Below are positions 1-9,138 of a DNA stretch of 64,000 nt, piece after piece. Positions within the stretch are counted from its first letter, which is position 1. Every line of letters starts with the position of its first letter. Under the pieces are notes generated by a model. That model saw only the letters and a list, made by a program, of their open reading frames with translations, was not told where the DNA came from and made no database searches. Location: contig CAVTHM010000003.1 in NCBI GenBank assembly GCA_963734565.1, positions 139,610 through 203,609 of the forward strand, in the 5' to 3' direction. Position numbers and translations under genes: made by a program. The stretch is from an uncultured Thermoleophilia bacterium (lineage in GTDB: Bacteria > Actinomycetota > Thermoleophilia > Gaiellales > Gaiellaceae).

Positions 1-716
1 TCGAGGCCAACCCGCGCGCGTCCCGCACGGTCCCGTTCGCGAGCAAGGCGACCGGCGTGAACCTCGTCGGCGCCGCATGTGCGCTCGCCGCCGGGCACCG
101 GCTCGCCGACCTCGACCTGCCCTGGGGCCGCACTCCCACGGAGGTGGCCGTCAAGGCCGCCGTGCTCCCGTTCGCGCGCTTCCCGGGCAGCGACCCGGTG
201 CTCGGGCCCGAGATGCGCTCCACCGGCGAGGTCATGGCCTCCGGCCCGGACTTCTCGAGCGCGTTCGCAAAGGCCGAGCGCGCCGCCGGCCGGCGCCTCC
301 CCGAAGGCGGCACGGCGTTCCTCTCGGTGACCGACGGCGACAAGCCCGCGGTCGTGGATGTGGCCCGCAAGCTGGCCGGCCTCGGCTTCGAGCTGGTCGC
401 GACGTCGGGCACGGCCGCGGTGCTCACCGCGGCCGGGCTGGCAGTTCGCGGCGTGCGCAAGGTCACCGAGGACGGCGACGGCCCGACGGTCGTCGACCTG
501 ATCCGGCGGCGCCGTTGCGACCTCGTCGTCAACACACCGCAGGGCTCCGGCGCCCGCACGGACGGCTACCTGATCCGCGAGGCCGCGCTCGTCGCGCGCA
601 TCCCGTGCATCACGACGCTCGCCGGCGCGGCGGCGGCGGCCGAGGCGATCGCGAGCGCGCGCGCCGGCCGCGCGGTATCCCTCCAGGAACGGCATGCCCA
701 GGCGAGAAGCGCGTAG
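1..716 (+). CDS. carB: carbamoyl-phosphate synthase large subunit, C-terminal fragment (MGS-like allosteric domain); 5' end lies outside the window
   Basis: The frame is open from the window edge. Translation reads ..NPRASRTVPFASKATGVNLV..GPEMRSTGEVM..AFLSVTDGDKP..LGFELVATSGTA.., typical of the CarB C-terminus, and pyrK/pyrD follow. Confidence 0.85.
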   Translation, partial: EANPRASRTVPFASKATGVNLVGAACALAAGHRLADLDLPWGRTPTEVAVKAAVLPFARFPGSDPVLGPEMRSTGEVMASGPDFSSAFAKAERAAGRRLPEGGTAFLSVTDGDKPAVVDVARKLAGLGFELVATSGTAAVLTAAGLAVRGVRKVTEDGDGPTVVDLIRRRRCDLVVNTPQGSGARTDGYLIREAALVARIPCITTLAGAAAAAEAIASARAGRAVSLQERHAQARSA

Positions 717-1368
717 CGTCACCGGGAGCGAGCGCGTCGGCCCGTACACGCTGCTGCGCGTCGGGCGAGGCGGGCTCGACCCCGGCGTGCCGGGCCAGTT
801 CTTCATGCTGTTGCCGCCCGGCCGGCTGCTGCCGCGGCCGATGAGCCTCTGCCTGGCGCCGCGCGGCGAGCTCGCGTTTCTGATCGACCCGATCGGGCCG
901 GGCACGCGTGCCCTGGCCGGGCTCGCTGCGGGCGACCGGCTCACGGTCTTCGGCCCGCTCGGCAGCGGCTTCCGCCTCGACGTCGAGCGGCCGCTGATCG
1001 TCGGCGGCGGGATCGGCGTTGCGCCGTTCCCGTACGTGTCGGAGCAGCTCGGCAGCCCGCCCGCCGTGCTCGGCTTCCGCACCGCGCACCATGCGGAGGC
1101 GGCCGAGCTCCTCTCCGGCGCCGAGGTCGTGCTCGAGCCGACGTACGTGACCGAGGCAATGCCGTCGGGCCACGACGTCCTCGCGTGTGGGCCCGAGCCG
1201 ATGCTCGAGGCCGTCCGTGCGCTCGCCCCCGGCGCCCAGCTCGCCTGGGAGGCGCCGATGGTGTGCGGCTACGGCGCCTGCTACGGCTGCGTGGTCGAGA
1301 TCGACGGAGCGCTCCGCCGCCTCTGCGTCGAGGGGCCGGTGCTGGAGGCAGCCGGGGCGGCGGCGTGA
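694..1368 (+). CDS. pyrK: dihydroorotate dehydrogenase (type 1B) electron-transfer subunit
   Basis: An FAD/NAD-binding-like N-terminus is followed by a C-terminal 2Fe-2S motif, ..MVCGYGACYGCVV... The stop overlaps the pyrD GTG start (GTGA). Confidence 0.8.
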   Translation: MPRREARSVTGSERVGPYTLLRVGRGGLDPGVPGQFFMLLPPGRLLPRPMSLCLAPRGELAFLIDPIGPGTRALAGLAAGDRLTVFGPLGSGFRLDVERPLIVGGGIGVAPFPYVSEQLGSPPAVLGFRTAHHAEAAELLSGAEVVLEPTYVTEAMPSGHDVLACGPEPMLEAVRALAPGAQLAWEAPMVCGYGACYGCVVEIDGALRRLCVEGPVLEAAGAAA

Positions 1369-2234
1369 TCCGCATCCTCAACGGCTCGGGCTGCCTCGAC
1401 GCGCTGACCGCTCCGGAGGTCGCGCGCTCGCTGGACGCCTTCGTGACGAAGACGGTCACGCCGCTGCCGCGCGAGGGCAACGCGCCCGTGAGGATCGCCG
1501 AGGTCGACGGCGGGATGCTCAACTCGATCGGCCTCCAGAACCCGGGCATCGAGCGCTTCGTCGCCGAGTACCTCCCGCGCCTGCGCGAGCTCGGCGTGCC
1601 CCTCTGGGTGTCCGCGGGCGGGTTCCGCGCGGCCGACTACGGCGAGGTATGCGCCGCGCTCGACGGCGAGCAGGGCATCGAGGCGGTCGAGCTCAACGTG
1701 TCATGCCCCAACGTGGAGGAGGCCGCGGACACGGTTGCGGAGCTGGTCGCCGCCGCTCGCGAGGCCACCGCGCGCACCCTCTACGTGAAGCTCTCGGCCG
1801 CCGTCCCGGACGTGGCCGACCTCGCCAGAGCGGCAGAGTCTGCGGGCGCCGACGGTTTCACGCTGGTCAACACGCTCCGCGGGCTCGCGCTCGACGAACG
1901 GCTGCGGCCACGGCTCGCGCGGGGCGCCGGCGGCCTGTCCGGCCCTGCGCTCAAGCACGTCGCACTCGCCGCGGTATGGGCTTGCCGCCGCACAACGGCG
2001 CTCCCGATCGTCGGGCTCGGCGGCGTCATGACCGGTCGCGACGCACTCGAGCTCGTTGCCGCAGGGGCAAACGCCGTGGCCCTCGGAACGGTCCTCTTCG
2101 CCGACCCGGACGCGCCTGCACGAGTCCGGGTCGAGCTGGCGGACGCCGTTGTCTCTCTTGGCGTCAGCGACCCGAGCGAGCTCGTCGGCTTCGCGCACCA
2201 GCGCGGTGGCCAACTGGTGACCGCCCGGAACTAG
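1365..2234 (+). CDS. pyrD: dihydroorotate dehydrogenase 1B catalytic subunit
   Basis: Translation reads VIRILNGSGCLDA..MLNSIGLQNPG..ELNVSCPN..GADGFTLVNT..GGLSGPALK..GLGGV. The GTG at 1365 is in frame with ORF 1185-2234 and is coupled to the pyrK stop. Confidence 0.85.
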   Translation: MIRILNGSGCLDALTAPEVARSLDAFVTKTVTPLPREGNAPVRIAEVDGGMLNSIGLQNPGIERFVAEYLPRLRELGVPLWVSAGGFRAADYGEVCAALDGEQGIEAVELNVSCPNVEEAADTVAELVAAAREATARTLYVKLSAAVPDVADLARAAESAGADGFTLVNTLRGLALDERLRPRLARGAGGLSGPALKHVALAAVWACRRTTALPIVGLGGVMTGRDALELVAAGANAVALGTVLFADPDAPARVRVELADAVVSLGVSDPSELVGFAHQRGGQLVTARN

Positions 2235-2284
2235 ACGAAAGTATCGGTTTCAAAAAGTCCTGCAAACGGGCGTGTTTGTGCCTC

Positions 2285-2312
2285 TTGCACGGCGCTGCGA
2301 ATCTGGTAGCCT
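2285..2312 (+). promoter_or_regulatory. possible promoter for mihF (TTGCAC-N16-TAGCCT)
   Basis: The hexamers resemble -35/-10 boxes (TAnnnT). The -10 ends about 10 nt before the GTG at 2323, which would give a leaderless or short-leader mRNA. Confidence 0.3.
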
Positions 2313-2322
2313 CCCGCGCTCA

Positions 2323-2652
2323 GTGATCGCGACCAAGTCCGCCACACAGGCTCCGCTCCGGTCTCCGGACCAGCGGATGGAGGCTCTCAAGCGAGCCAAC
2401 GACATCCGTGTCCGGCGCGCGCAGCTCAAGAAGGATCTCAAGGTGGGGCGTGTTTCGATCCACGAAATCTTGCGCAATCCGCCCGAGTACGTCTCGACGG
2501 CGAAGGTGTTCGACATCCTCATGGCGGTGCCCAAGTTCGGGCGCGTGAAGGCGACGCGCTACCTCAACCAGGCGCGCATCAGCCAGTCGAAGACGGTCGG
2601 TGGCCTCTCCGAGCGGCAGCGCACGGAGCTGATCGGTCTCTTCAGCCGCTAG
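2323..2652 (+). CDS. mihF: actinobacterial-type integration host factor (MihF-like)
   Basis: Translation reads ..ALKRANDIRVRRAQLKKDLK.GR..I.EIL..PPEYV.TAKVFDILMAVPKFGRVKA...L....ISQSKTVGGLSERQR.EL.., and the gene sits directly upstream of gmk-rpoZ as in Actinobacteria. The exact start is uncertain (2272 or 2323). Confidence 0.7.
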   Translation: MIATKSATQAPLRSPDQRMEALKRANDIRVRRAQLKKDLKVGRVSIHEILRNPPEYVSTAKVFDILMAVPKFGRVKATRYLNQARISQSKTVGGLSERQRTELIGLFSR

Positions 2653-2668
2653 CCCGGCCGGCCGCGCG

Positions 2669-3247
2669 ATGCCCAGGCCCGTCTTCGTCGTGACCGGGCC
2701 GTCAGGAGCCGGCAAGGGCACGCTCGTTCGCGCGCTGCTCGACCGCTTCGACGAGCTGCGCCTCGCGATCTCGGCGACGACGCGCGAGCGGCGGCCGGGT
2801 GAGACGGACGGCGTCGAGTACCGATTCCTGTCGGAGGACGATTTCGAGCGGCGGGTGCGGGAGGGCGAGTTCCTCGAGCACGTCGGGTTCGCCGGGCACC
2901 GGTACGGGACGCTCCGGTCCGAGGTCGACCGGATCGGGGCGGGCGGGCACTGTGCGGTGCTCGAGCTCGAGATCGAGGGAGCGCTGCTCGCGCGCGACGC
3001 GCTCGAGGGCGCCGTCGCGATCTTCGTCACCGCTCCGCTCGAGGTTCTTGAGCGCCGGCTGCGCGAGCGGGCGACCGAGAGCACCGGCGAGATCCAGGAG
3101 CGGCTCGCCATCGCGCGCGGTCAGCTCGAGCATGCCGACGAGTTCGATTACGTCGTCGCCAACGACGATCTGCCGACGGCCGTGGAGGCGATCGCGGCCG
3201 TCGTGGCACGGGCGCTCGAGAACCACATGTACCATGCGCGGCCGTGA
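2669..3247 (+). CDS. gmk: guanylate kinase
   Basis: P-loop GPSGAGKGTL, plus ..ATTRERRPGE.DGVEY.F.. and ..EFLEH..F.G..YGT... Confidence 0.9.
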   Translation: MPRPVFVVTGPSGAGKGTLVRALLDRFDELRLAISATTRERRPGETDGVEYRFLSEDDFERRVREGEFLEHVGFAGHRYGTLRSEVDRIGAGGHCAVLELEIEGALLARDALEGAVAIFVTAPLEVLERRLRERATESTGEIQERLAIARGQLEHADEFDYVVANDDLPTAVEAIAAVVARALENHMYHARP

Positions 3248-3474
3248 GCTATCCACGCATCGACCATCTGCTCGAGAACGCCGACGGCCGCTACTCGCTC
3301 GTGATCGTGGCCGCCAAGCGTGCGCGGCAGATCAACAACTATCACCAGCAGCTGGGTGAGGGCACGTTCGAGGACTTCGCCCCGCCGCTCGTGGAGTCGC
3401 GCTCCAAGAACTACTTGACGATGGCCCTCGAAGAGATCGCCGAGGGCAAGATCAAGTCCGCGTACAAGAGCTAG
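3244..3474 (+). CDS. rpoZ: DNA-directed RNA polymerase subunit omega
   Basis: Translation reads ..IDHLLENADGRYSLVIVAAKRARQINNY.. in a 76-aa product located after gmk. Confidence 0.85.
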   Translation: MSYPRIDHLLENADGRYSLVIVAAKRARQINNYHQQLGEGTFEDFAPPLVESRSKNYLTMALEEIAEGKIKSAYKS

Positions 3475-3515
3475 CGCCGTAGCCGCCGCGAGGCGGCGAG
3501 CGGCACAATGCTCGC

Positions 3516-4682
3516 ATGGCGCGCGTCTTGCAGGGCGTTTCCGGCGGGATCGCGGCGTACAAGGCGTGCGAGCTGACACGGCTGCTCGTCAAGGCGGGCC
3601 ACGACGTGACGCCGCTGCTGACGCCGGGCGCCGAGCGGTTCGTCACCGCTGAGACCTTCCGCGCGCTCGCGCGCGTGGAGAACGATCCGGGACCGTACCC
3701 GCACCTCGAGCGGGCCGACCTCTACGTCATCGCGCCCGCGACCGCGCACACGCTCGCGAAGCTCGCGCACGGGCTGGCCGACAACGTCGTCACCGAGGCG
3801 GCACTCGCGCACCGCGGGCCGCTCGTCGTCGCGCCGGCGATGAACGTGCGCATGTGGGAGCACCCGGCGACGCAGGCGAACGTCGCGCTGCTGCGCGAGC
3901 GCGGCGTCGAGCTCGTCGGCCCGGCCAAGGGCGAGCTGGCAGAGGGCGAGTGGGGTGCGGGCCGCATGGCCGAGCCGGAGGAGATCTTCGCCCGCTGCGC
4001 CGCGCTCCTCGGATCAAGTAACAGTCTGTTACAAGGCAAGCGGGTCGTCGTCAGCGCGGGCGGGACGCGCGAGCCGGTCGACGCGGTGCGCTTCGTGGGC
4101 AACCGCTCGTCGGGTCGCATGGGCGTGGCGCTCGCCGAGGAGGCGCGCCGCCGCGGCGCGGACGTGACGCTGCTCGCCGCGAACCTTTCGGTGCCCGCGC
4201 CGGTAGGTATCGACGTGGTGGAGACGCCGACGGCCGCGGACGTGGAGCGCGAGGCGCTGGCACGCGCCGACGCGGACGTGGTGATCATGGCCGCGGCCGT
4301 CGCGGACTACCGCCCGGCTGAGGCGCTTGCCGCCAAGCGGCCGAAGGACGACGCAGGCTGGTCGCTCGCGCTCGAGCCGACCGTTGACGTTCTCCGTGCG
4401 CTCGGGGAGCGGCGACCGACCCGGGGACAGGTGCTCGTCGGCTTCGCGGCCGAGACCGGCGACGGCGGCCTCGAGCGCGCCGGTGAGAAGCTCACTCGCA
4501 AACGGCTCGACCTGATCGTCTACAACGATGTGAGCGCCAACGGCGTCGGCTTCGACAGCGAGGAGAACGAGGTCGTGATCGTCTCGCCCGAAGGGCAGCG
4601 GGCCGTGCCGCGCGGCCCGAAGGCGCAGATCGCGGCGGCCGTCATCGACGAGGTCGTGCGGGTGCTGAATGGACGCCAGTAG
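3516..4682 (+). CDS. coaBC: bifunctional phosphopantothenoylcysteine decarboxylase / phosphopantothenate-cysteine ligase
   Basis: Flavoprotein N-domain (GVSGGIAAYKA..L.R.L.KAGH.V) and CoaB domain (GKRVVVSAGGTREPVDAVRFVGNRSSGRMG). The interdomain linker contains the 24-bp cassette at 4014-4037. Confidence 0.9.
   Translation: MARVLQGVSGGIAAYKACELTRLLVKAGHDVTPLLTPGAERFVTAETFRALARVENDPGPYPHLERADLYVIAPATAHTLAKLAHGLADNVVTEAALAHRGPLVVAPAMNVRMWEHPATQANVALLRERGVELVGPAKGELAEGEWGAGRMAEPEEIFARCAALLGSSNSLLQGKRVVVSAGGTREPVDAVRFVGNRSSGRMGVALAEEARRRGADVTLLAANLSVPAPVGIDVVETPTAADVEREALARADADVVIMAAAVADYRPAEALAAKRPKDDAGWSLALEPTVDVLRALGERRPTRGQVLVGFAAETGDGGLERAGEKLTRKRLDLIVYNDVSANGVGFDSEENEVVIVSPEGQRAVPRGPKAQIAAAVIDEVVRVLNGRQ
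4014..4037. repeat. AT-rich palindromic cassette, copy 1 (tCAAGTAACAGTCTGTTACAAGGC), in frame inside coaBC
   Basis: It matches copies 2 and 3 (40820-40843 and 40890-40913) over 23 of 24 bp. The core is GTAACAG-T-CTGTTAC. It encodes SSNSLLQG using codons unusual for this genome (TCA AGT AAC AGT TTA CAA). Confidence 0.85.
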
Positions 4683-5637
4683 CGAGCCCGGCCTGCGCCC
4701 GGTCGCCGGCACGCCCGGCGTGCTCGACGCGGTCGCGGCCAATGTCGCGAGGGTCATCCACGCACCGGCCGAGACGCTCCGCCTCTGCGTGATCTGCCTC
4801 GCGAGCGAGGGGCACCTGATCATCGAGGACTTCCCGGGCGTCGGGAAGACGATGCTCGCCAAGGCGCTCGCGCGCTCGATCGACTGCTCCTTCTCGCGGC
4901 TTCAGTTCACGCCCGACCTGCTCCCGTCCGACGTGACCGGCGTGAACGTCTTCAACCAGCGCCTCAACGAGTTCGACTTCCGGCCGGGCCCGGTCTTCAC
5001 CAACCTGCTGCTCGTCGACGAGGTCAACCGCGCGTCGCCGAAGACGCAGGCAGCCCTGCTCGAGTGCATGCAGGAGGACCAGGTGACGGTCGACGGCGTC
5101 ACCTACGAGCTGCCGCGGCCGTTCATGGTGATGGCGACCCAGAACCCGGTCGAGTACGAGGGCACCTACCCGCTCCCGGAGGCGCAGCTCGACCGCTTCA
5201 CACTGCGGATCTCGATCGGCTACCCGCCGCTCGCGGACGAGGCCGCGATGCTGCGCGAGCAGACCAGCGAGCCGCCGCTCGAATCGCTCGAGCCGGTCGC
5301 GACCGCGGACGCCGTCCGGCAGGTGATCGCGGACGCGCGCGAGGTGTACGTCGAGGAGAGCGTCAACCGCTACGTCGTCGCGCTCCTTCGCCACACGCGC
5401 GCGGACTCGCGGCTCGCGCTCGGCGCCAGCCCGCGCGCCGGCGTCGCGCTGCTGCGCGTCGCGAAGGCGCTCGCGCTCTCGGAGGGCCGCGGCTACGTCC
5501 AGCCCGACGACGTCAAGAGCCTCGCGGTGCCCGTGCTCGCGCACCGGCTGATCGTCGCGCCGGAGGTGCGCGCGACCGGGTTCGGCGCCGAGGACGCGAT
5601 CCGCGACGCGCTCGCGACCACGCCGGTCCCGGTCTAG
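4669..5637 (+). CDS. MoxR-family AAA+ ATPase
   Basis: Translation reads ..HLIIEDFPGVGKTMLAKALARS....FSRLQFTPDLLPSDVTG..VF......F.F.PGPVF.N.LL.DE.NRA.PKTQ.ALLE.M.E.QV.., followed by a DUF58 gene. Confidence 0.85.
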   Translation: MDASSEPGLRPVAGTPGVLDAVAANVARVIHAPAETLRLCVICLASEGHLIIEDFPGVGKTMLAKALARSIDCSFSRLQFTPDLLPSDVTGVNVFNQRLNEFDFRPGPVFTNLLLVDEVNRASPKTQAALLECMQEDQVTVDGVTYELPRPFMVMATQNPVEYEGTYPLPEAQLDRFTLRISIGYPPLADEAAMLREQTSEPPLESLEPVATADAVRQVIADAREVYVEESVNRYVVALLRHTRADSRLALGASPRAGVALLRVAKALALSEGRGYVQPDDVKSLAVPVLAHRLIVAPEVRATGFGAEDAIRDALATTPVPV

Positions 5638-5696
5638 GAGCGACTGATGGAGCACGCCGGGGCGACTCAGAGTCCGCTTCGTCAGGCCCTCCTCAC

Positions 5697-6890
5697 GTGA
5701 CGGCGCGCGGCCGGCTGACGCTCGCGCTCGGCGCCGCGACGTACATCGTGGCCTGGCTCCTCGGCGCGCGAGTGCTGTATCCGGTGGCGGTCGGCCTCGC
5801 CGGCGCCGCGCTCGTCGCCGCGCTGTGGGTGCGGCTCGCGGCCCGGCCCGAGCGCGTGACGCGCCGGCCCGCGGGCGACACGCTGCTCGAGGGCGAGGAC
5901 GTCCGCGTGGACGTGGTAGCCGAGCTCGCCCGCGGCGTGCGTCCCGCGGCGCTGCTCGTGACCGAGCGTCTCGGCCGTCTGGGCGAGCAGCAGGTGCGCC
6001 TGAGCGTGGACGGGCGCCGCGCCCACGGGCGCTACCTGCTCGCCAAGGTCCCGCGCGGCCGCTACCGCTTCGAGGATGCGCGCGTCGCGATCGAGGATCC
6101 GTTCGGCCTCGCTCGCGCGGAGCGTGCGCTGGGCGAGGGCGGCGCGCTGCTCGTCCACCCGCGGCTCGTCGAGCTCGGGAGCCTCTTCACCGAGACGGGC
6201 ATGGGTGGGCACGGCGGCCGACGTCTCCTCCTGCGCCGGCCGTCGGGCTTCGAGCTGCACGGCGTGCGGGAGTACCAGCAGGGCGAGTCGCTGCGCCGCG
6301 TCCACTGGCCGTCGACGGCCAAGCGCGCCGCGCTCATGGTCAAGGACCTGGAGGACGCCCCCCGTGACGCGCTCGCGATCGTCCTCGACGCCGCGGGCGG
6401 AGCCGTGGCCGGGCCGAGCTTGGACGTCCAGGTGCGGGCCGCGGGCTCGCTCCTGCGGGCGTACTCGAACCGTGGCCGTCGCGCGCTGCTCGCGATCAAC
6501 GGCACGGCGCCGTCGTATCAGCGCGTCGAATCGGAGGGGGATTGGCAGGCGGCCTACGACGCGCTGGCGGCAGTCGAGCCGGCGCCGGCGCGGCCGCTCG
6601 CTGGGCTACTCGTGGCGGACGGCGGCCCGGTGGCGCGCGCTGCCGAGCTCGTTGCGGTCGTGGCGGTGCTCCCGCGCGACCTCGTCGATCGCTTCGTGCA
6701 GCGCGCGGCGAGTGGGCACCCGACGAGCCTGGTGCTCGTCGACGCGCCGTCCTTCGCCGGCCGGCCGTCACCGTCGTCGCCCGAGCTGCTCCGGCTGTCC
6801 GCGGCCGGCGTGGCGGTGACCGTGATCCGCAGCGGCGAGGACCTCGCGGCGGCGCTCAGCGGGGCACGCCCTCTGGCGGCCCATGCGTAG
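5697..6890 (+). CDS. DUF58 domain protein (MoxR-associated)
   Basis: Two N-terminal TM helices, then ..GVREYQQGESLRRVHWPSTAKRAALMVKDLE... The GTG at 5697 is in frame within ORF 5064-6890; the upstream part of that ORF is the out-of-frame overlap with moxR. Confidence 0.75.
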   Translation: MTARGRLTLALGAATYIVAWLLGARVLYPVAVGLAGAALVAALWVRLAARPERVTRRPAGDTLLEGEDVRVDVVAELARGVRPAALLVTERLGRLGEQQVRLSVDGRRAHGRYLLAKVPRGRYRFEDARVAIEDPFGLARAERALGEGGALLVHPRLVELGSLFTETGMGGHGGRRLLLRRPSGFELHGVREYQQGESLRRVHWPSTAKRAALMVKDLEDAPRDALAIVLDAAGGAVAGPSLDVQVRAAGSLLRAYSNRGRRALLAINGTAPSYQRVESEGDWQAAYDALAAVEPAPARPLAGLLVADGGPVARAAELVAVVAVLPRDLVDRFVQRAASGHPTSLVLVDAPSFAGRPSPSSPELLRLSAAGVAVTVIRSGEDLAAALSGARPLAAHA

Positions 6891-9138
6891 GACGCTGATC
6901 GTCTGGCCGCTGCCGGCCGCGGTGATCGCCCTCGCGTGGCTGCGGGTCGAGGATCCGCGCGGCAGCGGCTCGCGGGTCGTGGCGGTGCTGGTGCTCGCGT
7001 TGCTGCCCGCCCTCCTCCGCCCGCCGGTCGCGCGCGGCGTCGCGGCGGGTGCCGCCGTGCTCGTCGGCGCCGTCGCCGCGGCGGACGTCTCGCCGCTGGC
7101 GCTGCGCCCGTTCGACGACGAACCGTTCTTCTCGGCGATCTATGACCGCGCCGCGTCGGGCCTGCGGGCGTTCTACGAGATCGGGCTCCCGTTCGACGCG
7201 GTCGCCCGCAGCGAGATGCACGCGCTCGTGCTGTTCGCGATCTTCACGTTCGCGCTGCTGCTCGCACTCGCGGTGCGCGCAGGACGGCCGGTGCTCGCAT
7301 GCCTCGTGCTCGTCGCCGGGGCGGGTTGGCCGTCGGTGCTGCTCGTCGGCCCGGGCGACCTCACGCGCGGCGCCGTGATCCTCGCCACCTGCCTGTTCCT
7401 CCTGGCGGCGATGCGGCCGGGCCGGCGCCTCGTGCGGCCTGCGCTGGTGGCCGGCGTCGCCGTGCTCGCTGCAGCCCTCGCCGCCTCGACGTCGTCGGCG
7501 GTCGCCCGCGGCAGCGTCCTCGACTGGCAGAACTGGAGCCCGTACGTGCAGGGGCAGCGCGTCAGCGTCGACTTCGTCTGGCGCGGCCAGTACCAGGGCA
7601 TCCGCTTCCCTGACCACCCGACGACGGTCTTCGAGGTGCAGGCGCCGGACGACTCGCGCTACTGGCGGGCGACCACTCTCGACACGTTCGACCAGGACGC
7701 CTGGGAGGAGTCGCTGCGCGTCACCGTCGGCGTGGCGGACCAGGGACGAGACGAGCTCTTCAACGACGCGACGCTGCCGACGCAGGCGCGTAACCGGAAG
7801 CGCTGGCTCGAGCAGCGCGTCGTCGTCCAGGCGCTCCGCGACGACCACCTGCCGGCAGCGGCGACGCCCGTCGCGTGGGAGCACCGCAGCGAGGTCGGCC
7901 AGCTCTACTCCGAGGGCGGCGTCGCGATCAGGCCGGGCGGCCTGCAGCGCGGCGAGTCGTACACGGTCTGGAGCTACGCCGCGCAGCCGCGACCGAAGGC
8001 GCTCGCCCGCCTCGGGCCGGACTACCCGGCCGGCGACCTCGAGCGCGACCTGGCCGTCTGGGGCGGCGACACGGTCGAGCCGTTCGGCACACGCCGGCGC
8101 GAGGTTCTGATCGACGTGCTGTTCGTGAACGACCCGGCGGTCGCCGCCTACGCGCCGCTCTACCGCCTGGCCCAGCGCGTGGTCGGCAATGCGCCGACGC
8201 CGTATGCGGCTGCCGTCGCCCTCGAGGCCTGGTTCCGGACGGGCGGCGGGTTCGTCTACGACGAGCAGCCGCCGCAGGCTCCGGGCATGCCTGCGCTCGT
8301 CGGCTTCGTGACGAAGACGCGCGCCGGCTACTGCCAGCACTACGCGGGCGCGATGGCGCTGATGCTGCGGTACCTGGGGATTCCGGCCCGCGTCGCAGGC
8401 GGTTTCACGAGCGGCCGCTGGAACCGCGACCGGGAGCGCTGGATCGTCTCGGACACGGACGCGCATGCCTGGGTGGAGGTCTGGTTCCCGGGCTACGGCT
8501 GGCTCCCCTTCGACCCGACGCCGTCGCGCGGCAGCTTCGACGCGCCGTACTCGAACGCGTCGGCGACGTTCGACGCGGGCGCTGCGGTGACCGCGCTCGG
8601 CGCCGGCGGCGGGCTCGGGCTCGAGGCGCTGCTCAAGCTTGCGCGCCAGCACAACCGGCCGCCGGTCCCCGGCGGCGTCGACCTTCCGGCAGGCTCGTCG
8701 AGCGGGTCGGCCAGCGTACGGAGCGGACGCTCAGCCGCCCTCGGTCTCGTGCTGATCGCCGGGCTGCTGTTCGTCACGGCGCTCGCGGCGGTGAAATGGA
8801 CGCGCCGGCGGCTGCGCTACCTGGCGCGTGACCCGCGCCGGGTGGCCGCCGCGTGCCGCCGCGAGCTCGAGGAGCTGGCCGCCGACCAGGGGGTCCGCGT
8901 CCCGGCCGCCGCCACGCCGGCCGAGGTCGCGGCGCTCCTGCGCGGCGAGCTCGGCGTCGACGGCGGGCCGCTGGCGCGCGCCATCACGGCCGCGCGCTTC
9001 TCGCCTCCCGCCGAAGCGGGCTCCGCCGCTACCCGGGCGCGCCGCGAGGTCGCGACCCTGCGCCGCGAGCTCCGCAGCCGCCTGTCGCTCCGCGCCCGCG
9101 TTCGCGGCCTCGTCTCGCTCCGCTCGCTGCGCGCGTGA
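6883..9138 (+). CDS. transglutaminase-like membrane protein (MoxR/DUF58 operon partner)
   Basis: Multiple N-terminal TM segments and a transglutaminase core, ..AGYCQHYAGAMALMLRYLGIPARVAGGF..DAHAWVEVWFPGYGWLPFDPTP... Confidence 0.8.
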   Translation: MRRTLIVWPLPAAVIALAWLRVEDPRGSGSRVVAVLVLALLPALLRPPVARGVAAGAAVLVGAVAAADVSPLALRPFDDEPFFSAIYDRAASGLRAFYEIGLPFDAVARSEMHALVLFAIFTFALLLALAVRAGRPVLACLVLVAGAGWPSVLLVGPGDLTRGAVILATCLFLLAAMRPGRRLVRPALVAGVAVLAAALAASTSSAVARGSVLDWQNWSPYVQGQRVSVDFVWRGQYQGIRFPDHPTTVFEVQAPDDSRYWRATTLDTFDQDAWEESLRVTVGVADQGRDELFNDATLPTQARNRKRWLEQRVVVQALRDDHLPAAATPVAWEHRSEVGQLYSEGGVAIRPGGLQRGESYTVWSYAAQPRPKALARLGPDYPAGDLERDLAVWGGDTVEPFGTRRREVLIDVLFVNDPAVAAYAPLYRLAQRVVGNAPTPYAAAVALEAWFRTGGGFVYDEQPPQAPGMPALVGFVTKTRAGYCQHYAGAMALMLRYLGIPARVAGGFTSGRWNRDRERWIVSDTDAHAWVEVWFPGYGWLPFDPTPSRGSFDAPYSNASATFDAGAAVTALGAGGGLGLEALLKLARQHNRPPVPGGVDLPAGSSSGSASVRSGRSAALGLVLIAGLLFVTALAAVKWTRRRLRYLARDPRRVAAACRRELEELAADQGVRVPAAATPAEVAALLRGELGVDGGPLARAITAARFSPPAEAGSAATRARREVATLRRELRSRLSLRARVRGLVSLRSLRA

